Below, piece by piece: positions 1-8,880 of a stretch of 64,000 bases of DNA. The stretch covers positions 5,537 to 69,536 of the forward strand of contig CAYVHO010000008.1 of NCBI GenBank assembly GCA_964451325.1, given 5' to 3'. The notes beneath the pieces are model-generated. The model had not been told where the DNA came from, searched no databases, and saw only the letters and a program-made list of their open reading frames with translations. The DNA comes from an uncultured Nitrospira sp. GTDB taxonomy: Bacteria > Nitrospirota > Nitrospiria > SBBL01 > JAADHI01. Made by a program: the position numbers and the translations under genes. Each line of letters begins with the position of its first letter. The stretch's first letter is position 1.

Positions 1-81
1 TGTGACTTTAATGCTCTTGCTCGGGGTGCTTTATTTTTCATGGAAAGGGATGCGGGTGCTTTGGCTTAAAAAAGGTTAAAC

Positions 82-1053
82 ATGGGGCATGTGCACCCGG
101 TAAAAGCAGACACGCTCCATCTCCACGCGCCCAGTTGTGCGCTTGATCTTTGCCACCCCGGCGAGATTGTTTCCCCCGCTCGTTTAAGCACTGACCGCAG
201 CAAATTTTATTGGGCCATGGGCCTGACGGGTGTTGTCATGCTGCTTGAAATTGCAGGAGGCCTGCTCACAAACAGCCTTGCCCTGCTCTCGGATGCAGGG
301 CATATGTTGACCCACCTTTTGGCCCTGGGTATTAGTTTTCTGGCCATGACTTTTTCAAACAAACCGGCCACATTAGAAAAATCCTTCGGTTTTCATCGCC
401 TTGAAATTCTGGCGGCTTTATTAAATGGTTTTGTTCTTTTTTTAGTGACGCTTTGGATTCTTTACGAAGCCTATGGGCGTTTCTTGGCCCCGGAAGCGGT
501 TGCGACGACAGAGATGATGATCATTGCCGTGATCGGACTGATTACAAATGTCGTGACGGCACTTTTTCTAACACAAACCGAGCGAAAAGACATCAATACA
601 AAATCAGCCATTTTACACCTTGCGGGAGATACCTTAGCGTCTGTTGGAGTTGTCATTGGGGCTGTCGTGATTATGTTCACTGGCTGGTTGTGGGTGGATC
701 CGCTCTTGGGTGTGCTGATTTCGGTGTTGATTTTGTATTGGGCGGCTCACTTGGTTTGGGAGGCGATTGACATCTTATTGGAAGCAGTTCCAAAAGAGAT
801 TGACCCCACTCAGGTGATGGATGCTGTGAAGGTTTTTGATGAAGTCGAGGACATGCACGACGTGCATGTCTGGACCCTGACCTCTGGCATGTATGCCTTG
901 TCGGCCCACGTTGTTACCCTGGACATGCCTTTAAAAGAAACCGCACCCTTATTGCGTAAAATCAATTTCCTGCTTTGTCAGCGCTTTAAAATCGGCCATG
1001 CCGCCATACAGTTTGAAACGGAAGACACTGGCAATGATTTTGTAAAAAAGTAA
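82..1053 (+). CDS. Cation diffusion facilitator (CDF) family metal efflux transporter (CzcD/ZitB-like)
   Basis: 323-aa ORF with six hydrophobic segments. CDF-like motifs LLSDAGHML and HLAGDTLASVGVVIGA, and a C-terminal cytoplasmic domain (HDVHVWTLTSG). Confidence 0.85.
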   Translation: MGHVHPVKADTLHLHAPSCALDLCHPGEIVSPARLSTDRSKFYWAMGLTGVVMLLEIAGGLLTNSLALLSDAGHMLTHLLALGISFLAMTFSNKPATLEKSFGFHRLEILAALLNGFVLFLVTLWILYEAYGRFLAPEAVATTEMMIIAVIGLITNVVTALFLTQTERKDINTKSAILHLAGDTLASVGVVIGAVVIMFTGWLWVDPLLGVLISVLILYWAAHLVWEAIDILLEAVPKEIDPTQVMDAVKVFDEVEDMHDVHVWTLTSGMYALSAHVVTLDMPLKETAPLLRKINFLLCQRFKIGHAAIQFETEDTGNDFVKK

Positions 1054-1085
1054 CATATTTCTTCCTTCCCACCCTGGAAAATAGA

Positions 1086-2396
1086 ATGACAGGCCTACAA
1101 TATAGAACCCCGAAGCCAGAGGAGGAATCAGCGCTTCAGGCCATTGGCGAATTTGATCAGCCGCAGTATCGTCTTGCCATAGCGCAGTTTGAAGCGGTGG
1201 CCCAGCATCTTGCGCTTGATTCCGGTTTTTCTCAGCGATTTAGAATGCCGCAACGTTCACTGGTCGTGAATATGCCCGTGCGCTGTGACGACGGACAAAT
1301 CAAGATCTTTCGGGGTTATCGTGTTCAACATGACCCGGCTTTGGGCCCCTTTAAAGGCGGACTACGTTACCAACCCGGTGTGACTTTGGGACAAGTAACG
1401 GCGCTGGCCATCTGGGTGACCTGGAAATGTGCGCTCATTGGTTTGCCCTTTGGTGGTGCAAAAGGAGGCGTGCGTTGTGATCCCAAAAAACTTTCACGCC
1501 AGGAATTACAAAATCTAACCCGTCGATACACCGCTGAAATTTTCCCGATTATTGGCCCCGAAAAAGATATTCTTGCCCCGGATGTAGGGACAAACGCACA
1601 AACCATGGCCTGGGTGATGGATTCTTATAGTCAGCAGGTGGGTTATTCTGTTCCGGGGATTGTGACTGGAAAACCTGAAAGTATTGGTGGAACGATGGGA
1701 CGCGGGGAGTCGGCCGCTCTGGGACTTGTTTATGCGATTCTGTCTGCCCTGCGTCATCTCAAGATGCCCGTCTCTGGTAGCCAAGTGATTGTTTCCGGTT
1801 ATGGTAGCGTGGGACGGCGTCTTGCAAAATATTTGTTTGATCGTGGGATGCAAATTGTGGGTGTGGCGGATTCAAGCGGTGGGGTGTATTGTTCAGAAGG
1901 GATTGACCTGAATGCCTTGAATCTTCACAAGGCAGATCGAAATACGGTCTTGGGTTTTCCCGGAGCCGAAAGCATGCCCTCTCACGCTTTATTGGAGTGT
2001 CCCTGTACGATTTTAATTCCGGTTGCTTTGTCACGTGCGATTGATGCTCAGAATGCACCTGCGCTACAATGCCGTATTCTTGCTGAAGCTGCGAACGGGG
2101 CAACGGATTTGAAGGCAGATCCTATTTTACAGGCGCGGGATATTTTTGTAATTCCCGACTTATTGGGCAATGCAGGAGAGGTGATTGTTTCTTATTTTGA
2201 ATGGGTTCAGGGGATTCAGAACTTTCTTTGGTCGAAAAAAGAGATTGAGGCGCGTTTGTGTGATATGATCACGACCGCGTTTAAGCAAATATTGACAAAA
2301 TCGATTTCAAGCGGTCTTGATATGCGTATGGCGGCCTTGATTATTGGAATCGAGAGACTATCAAAGGCCCATCAGGCGCGTTCACTTTTTCCTTGA
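1086..2396 (+). CDS. Glutamate dehydrogenase (Glu/Leu/Phe/Val dehydrogenase family)
   Basis: 436 aa. Catalytic-lysine motif GGAKGGV, a Rossmann GYGSVG motif and a GDH-like C-terminus. Confidence 0.85.
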   Translation: MTGLQYRTPKPEEESALQAIGEFDQPQYRLAIAQFEAVAQHLALDSGFSQRFRMPQRSLVVNMPVRCDDGQIKIFRGYRVQHDPALGPFKGGLRYQPGVTLGQVTALAIWVTWKCALIGLPFGGAKGGVRCDPKKLSRQELQNLTRRYTAEIFPIIGPEKDILAPDVGTNAQTMAWVMDSYSQQVGYSVPGIVTGKPESIGGTMGRGESAALGLVYAILSALRHLKMPVSGSQVIVSGYGSVGRRLAKYLFDRGMQIVGVADSSGGVYCSEGIDLNALNLHKADRNTVLGFPGAESMPSHALLECPCTILIPVALSRAIDAQNAPALQCRILAEAANGATDLKADPILQARDIFVIPDLLGNAGEVIVSYFEWVQGIQNFLWSKKEIEARLCDMITTAFKQILTKSISSGLDMRMAALIIGIERLSKAHQARSLFP

Positions 2397-2420
2397 GGGC
2401 CTAGAGCGCCTGGCAGCATC

Positions 2421-3476
2421 ATGACGAATATCTTTGAGCAAATCCAAATGGAGGGACACGAGCAGGTTTTGATTTGCTCTGATCCGATCTCCGGTCTTCG
2501 CGCATTGATTGCCATTCACAATACGACTTTAGGGCCTGCCCTGGGGGGCTGTCGGATGTGGCCCTACGATTCTTTCGAGGATGCTTTGTCCGATGTTTTG
2601 CGTCTTTCAAGGGCAATGAGCTACAAAGCCGCCGTGAGTGATCTGCCCTTGGGGGGCGGAAAGAGCGTGATTTGGGGCGATGCGGATAAAGACAAGACCC
2701 CGGCCTTACTTGAAGCTTTTGCAAAACATGTTGAAACATTGGGAGGACGTTATATCGTGGCCGAAGATGTGGGCATTACGGTCGACGATATTGAGGCCGT
2801 GCGCCGGATTACCCCACATGTTGCAGGACATGCCTTGGCACATGGCGGCAGTGGTGATCCTTCTCCTGCGACGGCTTACGGTGTTTTTTCGGGGATGCGT
2901 GCCTGTTTAGAAGCGGTTTACGGGGATGCGTCGTTTAAAGGAAAACGGGTGGCGATTCAAGGCTTGGGCAAGGTCGGAAGTGCTTTGGCTAAATTGCTGC
3001 ATGAGGCAGGTGCGACGCTGTATGTTTCGGATATGGACCCGGAACGTGTGGCCCATGCGATCCGTGATTACGGTGCAGATCCCATCCATGGTCACGAAGT
3101 TTACCGGGTGGACTGTGATGTTTTTGCACCCTGTGCTTTAGGGGGCATCATCAACGAGCGCAGTATCGAAAGCCTTTCCTGCAAAATTATTGCGGGTGCG
3201 GCAAATAATCAGCTTAAAACACTGGATATTGCCGACGAATTGAAAAATCGCAATATCCTGTATGCCCCGGACTATGTTCTAAACGCGGGCGGTTTGATCA
3301 ATATTGCCGAAGAATTAAAGGGCTATGTTCAGGAACAGGCCTATGAAAAAATCAGTAAGATTTATGATCGCATGAAAGGGGTCATTGCCTTGGCACAAAA
3401 AGAATCCATCTCAACGGCTACGGCGGCAGAGCGTCTTGCCGAAGCGCGACTACATGCAAAGTCAACAGATGTTTGA
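2421..3476 (+). CDS. Leucine/valine/phenylalanine dehydrogenase-like (Glu/Leu/Phe/Val dehydrogenase family, short form)
   Basis: 351 aa. Motifs LGGGKSVI and GLGKVGSALA, and AGAANNQL, typical of Leu/Phe dehydrogenases. Sits 24 nt after the GDH gene. Confidence 0.8.
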   Translation: MTNIFEQIQMEGHEQVLICSDPISGLRALIAIHNTTLGPALGGCRMWPYDSFEDALSDVLRLSRAMSYKAAVSDLPLGGGKSVIWGDADKDKTPALLEAFAKHVETLGGRYIVAEDVGITVDDIEAVRRITPHVAGHALAHGGSGDPSPATAYGVFSGMRACLEAVYGDASFKGKRVAIQGLGKVGSALAKLLHEAGATLYVSDMDPERVAHAIRDYGADPIHGHEVYRVDCDVFAPCALGGIINERSIESLSCKIIAGAANNQLKTLDIADELKNRNILYAPDYVLNAGGLINIAEELKGYVQEQAYEKISKIYDRMKGVIALAQKESISTATAAERLAEARLHAKSTDV

Positions 3477-3855
3477 TCAGATTTCAAAACCCACTCGGGG
3501 ACGCGTTATAACGGCCGTCCTGCTGTCCCTCTTTTTTCTCCGACTGCCCGAATTGATGCCTTCGATTGGAAAGTGGCTGGTTGTTGCGGTCATCCTGATC
3601 TTTTTCCTCGGAATTCAAGAACAGAAAGGCATGAAAGGCGGTGTGATTGCGGGCATGTTTTCCTTGGCTTTTGCGGGTTTTGGTCAGTTGTATGTGCGAG
3701 AGTATACAAGAGGTGTATTTTTTATCCTCTTTGCCGTCTTTGCGTATATGACAACAGGATATTCTTCAAAAGCATGGGTGCTTAATGTGATTATTTTTAT
3801 CTTTGCCGCAATTGATGCCTTTTCTTTTGGAAAACGTGGCATTGGCATTTTCTAA
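3469..3855 (+). CDS. Small integral membrane protein, unknown function
   Basis: The tracked ORF starts at 3385 but overlaps the dehydrogenase gene. The internal ATG at 3469 overlaps the upstream stop (ATGTTTGA). Several hydrophobic helices. No family recognised. Confidence 0.55.
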   Translation: MFDQISKPTRGRVITAVLLSLFFLRLPELMPSIGKWLVVAVILIFFLGIQEQKGMKGGVIAGMFSLAFAGFGQLYVREYTRGVFFILFAVFAYMTTGYSSKAWVLNVIIFIFAAIDAFSFGKRGIGIF

Positions 3856-4083
3856 AAACTGAAATTTTGTTCTGATTTTATCTGCCTGATCTCGCGTGTC
3901 ATTCCCACAAATCTGGGAATCCGTGTCCATTCTATCTTTCCGAATATTGATGTTAGGCATCTCATTGCATTCCCATACTTGCTGGGAAGGTAGTCGTGCT
4001 TCAAACATCTAACATTCTGGTATAATCAAAAGAGGCGCGTATCTTGTTGCGTGAGCTGAACCTTTTTAAAAAGGAGAAGCGTA

Positions 4084-5052
4084 ATGCCGCCGATTCATCA
4101 TTCACAAAACGACAAAATAAAAGCTGTGACTTTCAAAGAGGCCATTGCTGAAAATCGTTATTGGGCCGGATGTAATAGACCCCATTGCACAGCGCCCGAT
4201 ATCAGCATCTTTGGAATTCCTTATGACGGTGCGGCTTGTTTTCGTGCCGGTGCGAGGGAAGGCCCGGCACGTATTCGCAGGCTTTCTGCTGAAATCCCCG
4301 CTGTGCTTGAAACAGGGGAAAGTTTTGCTTCTTTGGCCATATGTGATGAGGGAGACCTCTTTTCTGAAGGCGATTTTGTGGCCGCGCATCCTGAGATTGG
4401 GTCGGCCATTTCAAAACGCCTGGGTCATGTTTTTTCGCTCACATTGGGCGGAGATCACTCCATTGTGATTCCCGTGCATCAAGCCATCAATCGCTGTGCT
4501 TCTGAAGAAGTCGGCATGATTTTTATTGATGCCCACGCCGATCTTTCTGATACCTTTCAAGGTTCTGCTTATTCCAATGCATGTCCACTGCGACGCGCGA
4601 TGGAACTGGAGCAATTTTCGCCGGAGCAGACGATTTTAGTGGGAACACGCTGTCTTGAGCCTGCGGGGCGGGATTTTATTTCAGCACACAATATGACAAT
4701 GTTTCCCGCCTACGAAATTGCCGAGCGTGGGATGCGCGTCATTGCGGATGAAATTGTGACGCGTTTTTCGCATCTTTCAAATGTGTATCTTTCCATCGAT
4801 ATTGACGTCCTGGATCCCGCTTTTGCACCCGGTACCGGAATTCCTGATGCGGGTGGGTTGAGCACACGAGATGTCATCACTTTAATTCGCCGGTTGAATG
4901 CCCTGCCCGTGGTCGGCGCAGATTTAGTGGAAGTTGCACCGCCCTTGGATATTTCCGATATCACCAGTTTTGCCGCGCTTCGCATCATCACCGAGATTTT
5001 TGCCCTGGTGCAGCGCAGAGTGCAAGCCCATGAAAGAATGACTCTTCTATAG
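4084..5052 (+). CDS. Ureohydrolase family enzyme (agmatinase/guanidinobutyrase-like)
   Basis: 322 aa. Arginase-family Mn-binding motifs GGDHSI, DAHADL and SIDIDVLDPAFAPGTG. AGGAG-type RBS upstream. Confidence 0.85.
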   Translation: MPPIHHSQNDKIKAVTFKEAIAENRYWAGCNRPHCTAPDISIFGIPYDGAACFRAGAREGPARIRRLSAEIPAVLETGESFASLAICDEGDLFSEGDFVAAHPEIGSAISKRLGHVFSLTLGGDHSIVIPVHQAINRCASEEVGMIFIDAHADLSDTFQGSAYSNACPLRRAMELEQFSPEQTILVGTRCLEPAGRDFISAHNMTMFPAYEIAERGMRVIADEIVTRFSHLSNVYLSIDIDVLDPAFAPGTGIPDAGGLSTRDVITLIRRLNALPVVGADLVEVAPPLDISDITSFAALRIITEIFALVQRRVQAHERMTLL

Positions 5053-5092
5053 AGGTTTCTAGAGCCTTTTCAGGCTCGGAAAGGTGTTTAAG

Positions 5093-6427
5093 ATGAAAGC
5101 AAAACAGCAAAAAAGACCTCCGGGGTCAGAAGCAAAAAGCTGGGTAAGCCGCGATCACGCCGCCATCTCAAAATCCGTGACCCGTGCTTATCCGCTTGTG
5201 GTCGCATCGGCCAAGGGTTGCCGAATGACAGATGTGGATGGATTTGAATATCTTGATTTTACCTCTGGAATCGCCGTGACCGCGAGTGGTCACTGTCACC
5301 CCAAAGTCGTCAAAGCCATTTGTGATCAGGCCAAAAAATTGATTCATATGTCGGGAACTGATTTTTATTATTCATCGGAGATTGAATTGGCTGAAGTCCT
5401 GGCCGAGCTTGCACCGGGCCGTGTAAAAAAGAAGGTTTTTTTTACAAACTCAGGGGCCGAATCGGTCGAAGCCGCAATGAAATTGGCCCGTTATGCCACA
5501 AAACGCCCTTATTACCTGGCATTTTCAGGTGCATTCCACGGCAGAACCATGGGCGCACTCTCACTCACAGGAAGCAAAGCATCCCAAAAAAAGGCGTACG
5601 CCCCGCTTGTTTCAACGGTCGTGCATGCACCCTATCCCAATCCCTATCGTCCCCCCGCAGGTCTAAGTGCGGAGGGCTGTGTTGATTTTACACTGGATTG
5701 GATTGAAGAAACCGCGTTTAAACATTTTCTCCCGGCAGAAGAAGTTGCAGCCATTTTTGTCGAAGCCATTCAGGGGGAAGGGGGTTATATCGTCCCGCCA
5801 AAAGATTTTCTCAAAAGACTCGCAAAACTTGCGGCATCCCAGGGGATTTTACTGGTGGTGGATGAAGTGCAAAGTGGCATGGGGCGGACCGGAAAGATGT
5901 TTGCGCACGAGCATTTTAATGTCGTGCCCGATATCATGACACTGGCCAAAGGCATTGCCTCAGGATTGCCTTTGGGTGCGATTGTTGCAAAAAGTAAAAT
6001 TATGGATCTTTGGGAGCCGGGTGCCCACGCCAATACCTTTGGTGGAAACCCCATTGCTTGTGAGGCGTCCCTTGCAACGATCGGACTTTTAAGAGAAGGC
6101 TTGATCGAGAACGCCAAAAAGATGGGAGACTTACTGCAAAGCGGTCTCCGTGAGATGCAGAAAACCCATCGTTTGATGGGGGATGTGCGTGGCATGGGGC
6201 TCATGGTCGCCACCGAACTGGTGAAAGACCGGGAAACAAAATCCCTGGCCGTGGCTGAGAGAGATGCCATCGTGCAAGGCTGTTTTGAAAAAGGTTTACT
6301 TGTTTTGGGCTGTGGTGAAAGTGCTGTGCGTTTTATGCCACCGCTCACACTCAGCAAAAAAGAAGCTGAAGAAGGTTTGCATATTTTTGAAATCGTCCTG
6401 TCGGAAGTTGAGAAAAAGGTTTTTTAG
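5093..6427 (+). CDS. Class III pyridoxal-phosphate aminotransferase (4-aminobutyrate/acetylornithine aminotransferase-like)
   Basis: Motifs SGAESVEAAMKLAR and DEVQSGMGRTGKMFA, and the PLP-lysine region LAKGIASG. Start could be GTG 5084 or ATG 5093. Confidence 0.85.
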   Translation: MKAKQQKRPPGSEAKSWVSRDHAAISKSVTRAYPLVVASAKGCRMTDVDGFEYLDFTSGIAVTASGHCHPKVVKAICDQAKKLIHMSGTDFYYSSEIELAEVLAELAPGRVKKKVFFTNSGAESVEAAMKLARYATKRPYYLAFSGAFHGRTMGALSLTGSKASQKKAYAPLVSTVVHAPYPNPYRPPAGLSAEGCVDFTLDWIEETAFKHFLPAEEVAAIFVEAIQGEGGYIVPPKDFLKRLAKLAASQGILLVVDEVQSGMGRTGKMFAHEHFNVVPDIMTLAKGIASGLPLGAIVAKSKIMDLWEPGAHANTFGGNPIACEASLATIGLLREGLIENAKKMGDLLQSGLREMQKTHRLMGDVRGMGLMVATELVKDRETKSLAVAERDAIVQGCFEKGLLVLGCGESAVRFMPPLTLSKKEAEEGLHIFEIVLSEVEKKVF

Positions 6428-6482
6428 GGAGCATTTTATCATGTCACTTCGCGAGGAGGAGGGCGTGAAAACATCTATTTGA

Positions 6483-6833
6483 ACGGAATGTTTTCTAAGC
6501 GTGCTTGAGCATGTGCGATTTAATTGGCGCGGACATGCGTATTGTCTAATGGATAATCACTACCATCTTCTCATTGAAACACCCGATGGGAAGTGGATGA
6601 AATGCAAAGTAAGTTTTCTTCGAGCGGAGATGTCAGGGAGATCCCAAGAGCACAACGAAGACCGCTCTCAAAACCACTCAGTTACTACAAGGAATGTGGC
6701 CATTACAATGGCATATAATAGTGGGGGGTATAGCATGAAAGAGGTCGGAGACTATTTTGATCTTCATTATTCATGGATTAGCCGGATAATCAGCCAGATA
6801 GCAAATAACAAGACTAGACCCCAGACATGCTAG
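6483..6833 (+). pseudogene. Relic of a REP-associated tyrosine transposase (IS200/Y1-like, RAYT)
   Basis: The fragment keeps the AYCLMDNHYHLLIETPDG core and the C-terminal GGYSMKEVGDYFDLHYSWISRI HTH-like tail. It lacks the N-terminal part (stop at 6480-6482) and the middle segment containing the catalytic Tyr region. Confidence 0.6.
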
Positions 6834-7090
6834 CTTTTTAAGCATAGATCCCTCCCTGATTTTCATAAGATATCTATAATTCAATAGAATATCAATCTGC
6901 TATCTCCGTGTCCCTTCGTGGACGACGGGAGCAGGCTAATATTTCAGGCCCTATATTGTCAACCCAAAGCCCACACCCTCATGGCAGACCTTTTTTGACT
7001 TTTTTGGTTTGGGCTGTAATGATGCGAAGGGTTCTATAGCGTGCGGGGGAGGCAGACAGAAATAACATAATAATGGTCAGGAAATAGCTC

Positions 7091-7969
7091 ATGAAAAAAA
7101 TAAAAATCCTCATTGTGGGTTGCGGTGATGTCGGAACCCGGCTTGCCAGCCTTTTAATTCAAAATGGACATCAAGTCGTTGGACTTCGTCGCAGGCCCCC
7201 CGAAAATCCTCAACACAAAATTCCCTATTTTGCGGCAGATGTGAACTCTGTTAAAAGTCTTTCAAAACTCGACACGGATTTTGATCAAGTGTTTTATGCC
7301 GTTGCCCCGGATCGACGTGACGAAACACATTATCGGGATATCTATGAGGCGGGTCTTTCTCATCTTTTTGATCACTTTTCTAACAATGATTCAAAACCCC
7401 ATTGGATTTTTGTCTCGTCCACTGCGGTTTATGGGGTGACCAATGGGACTTGGATTAATGAATCCACGCCGCTTTGTCCCACCTCGTTTACGGGTCACTT
7501 CCTGCTTGCGGCAGAAAAAAAAGTGCTGGTGCAAAATCCAAACAATATCATCGTGCGTTTTTCCGGGATTTATGGTGCGGGCCGTGAACGCCTGATTCGT
7601 ATCGCACAAAACAGGACGCCAGTACAGGCTGATCCGCCTTATTACAGCAACGGGATCCATCAAAGTGATTGCGCGGGGGTATTGGCCTTCTTATTGGAGA
7701 AACGTTTAGATGGAAGTCCGCTTGCCTCCTGCTACTTGGCCAGCGATGATGAACCGGCACCCATCTTGGAAGTGGTCTCTTGGCTCGCCCAAAAACTTGC
7801 CCTGGGCTGCGCGGTGGAAAAACCAACAAATACAAAAGACACGATGAATAAACGCTGCGATAATGGGCGATTAAAAACCTTAGGCTATACATTTAAATAC
7901 CCCAGTTACCGCGAGGGTTATTTGCCGCTATTGGCAGTCTGGCAAAAAAGAAAAGGACAAGCTTCATGA
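7091..7969 (+). CDS. NAD-dependent epimerase/dehydratase (SDR family)
   Basis: 292 aa. N-terminal Rossmann motif KILIVGCGDVGTRLA. Length and layout fit an extended SDR. Confidence 0.75.
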   Translation: MKKIKILIVGCGDVGTRLASLLIQNGHQVVGLRRRPPENPQHKIPYFAADVNSVKSLSKLDTDFDQVFYAVAPDRRDETHYRDIYEAGLSHLFDHFSNNDSKPHWIFVSSTAVYGVTNGTWINESTPLCPTSFTGHFLLAAEKKVLVQNPNNIIVRFSGIYGAGRERLIRIAQNRTPVQADPPYYSNGIHQSDCAGVLAFLLEKRLDGSPLASCYLASDDEPAPILEVVSWLAQKLALGCAVEKPTNTKDTMNKRCDNGRLKTLGYTFKYPSYREGYLPLLAVWQKRKGQAS

Positions 7970-8769
7970 ACGATTTTGAGCGAAAAGAACGCATTCAAGG
8001 TATTTTTAACGATGTTGCGACCCGCTATGATGGCAACCGTTTTTTCCCGATTTCGGCCCGGAACCTACTGGATTGTGCTGGATTTTCAGGGAGAGGGAAA
8101 ATGCTGGATGTCTGTACGGGGACAGGAAACGTGGCGCTGCTTGCCGCACAACGCTGGCCTGCCCTAAAAATAAAAGCCATTGATCTTTCTGAAGGTATGT
8201 TGGCCGAGGCCAGAAAAAAAATGGAGACACTGAATTTAAAGAACATCGATTTTGTCCTTCAGGATGCAGAAAAATTGACGAAGGATGAGGGAAGTTTTGA
8301 CTTGATTTCTTGTGCCTACGGGCTTTTTTTCTTTCCCGACATTTCAAATACCTTCAGAAAGCTTGTCAGTTTTTTAAAACCTGGCGGGTCATTTGTTTTT
8401 TCCAGTTTTACAAAAGCTGCATTCGGTCCCTACAATGAGTTGTTTCTTTCGCAGCTCAAACCCTATGGCATCGAGCTGCCAAAACCTGCAATAACACGAC
8501 TGCAAACACCGGAGGAGATTCGGGGCTTGGCCCAGGTCGCAGGTGTGGAGGCCGTCAAAATTACCTCCCGTGAAATAAAATACCAAATAAGTATCAATGG
8601 TTGGTGGGATTTAATCAACAGTGCAGGTTACAAAGGTTTGTTGGATGAACTGGGGTCTGAAAGGCTGCCTGCTTTTAAAAAGGCGCATTTTGCCGCACTC
8701 GAAAAAATCGCCTCCCAAGGGAAATTAGATTTAATCGCAGATTCTTTGTACGGCATCGCAAAGGGATAA
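7966..8769 (+). CDS. Class I SAM-dependent methyltransferase
   Basis: SAM motif I LDVCTGTGNVA, post-I acidic residue (IDLSEGML) and the LKPGGSFVF motif. ATGA overlap with the upstream gene. Confidence 0.8.
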   Translation: MNDFERKERIQGIFNDVATRYDGNRFFPISARNLLDCAGFSGRGKMLDVCTGTGNVALLAAQRWPALKIKAIDLSEGMLAEARKKMETLNLKNIDFVLQDAEKLTKDEGSFDLISCAYGLFFFPDISNTFRKLVSFLKPGGSFVFSSFTKAAFGPYNELFLSQLKPYGIELPKPAITRLQTPEEIRGLAQVAGVEAVKITSREIKYQISINGWWDLINSAGYKGLLDELGSERLPAFKKAHFAALEKIASQGKLDLIADSLYGIAKG

Positions 8770-8880
8770 AGGAAACGGGAAAACCCTCCTCTGGCAAAAA
8801 TCATATGAGTCATCGGTATCTCAAAAAGCCCTCCCTGCTTTCAGAAAAAACCGGACGATTTATGCCCTACGATTTATACC

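Noticed and set aside
3385-3468. N-terminal extension of the small membrane-protein ORF overlapping the dehydrogenase gene by ~90 nt
   Set aside because: The extension is hydrophilic and Arg-rich and lies inside a confident CDS. The ATG at 3469 gives the usual stop/start overlap.
5785-6357. 190-aa minus-strand ORF inside the aminotransferase gene
   Set aside because: It is antisense to a CDS with clear class III aminotransferase motifs, and its Ser/Pro/Ala-rich translation has no recognisable features.
6905-6935. Imperfect hairpin (CTCCGTGTCCC...GGGACGACGGGAG region) downstream of the RAYT relic, considered as a REP element
   Set aside because: The stem needs bulges and mismatches, and I found no second copy in the window. 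The evidence is insufficient.
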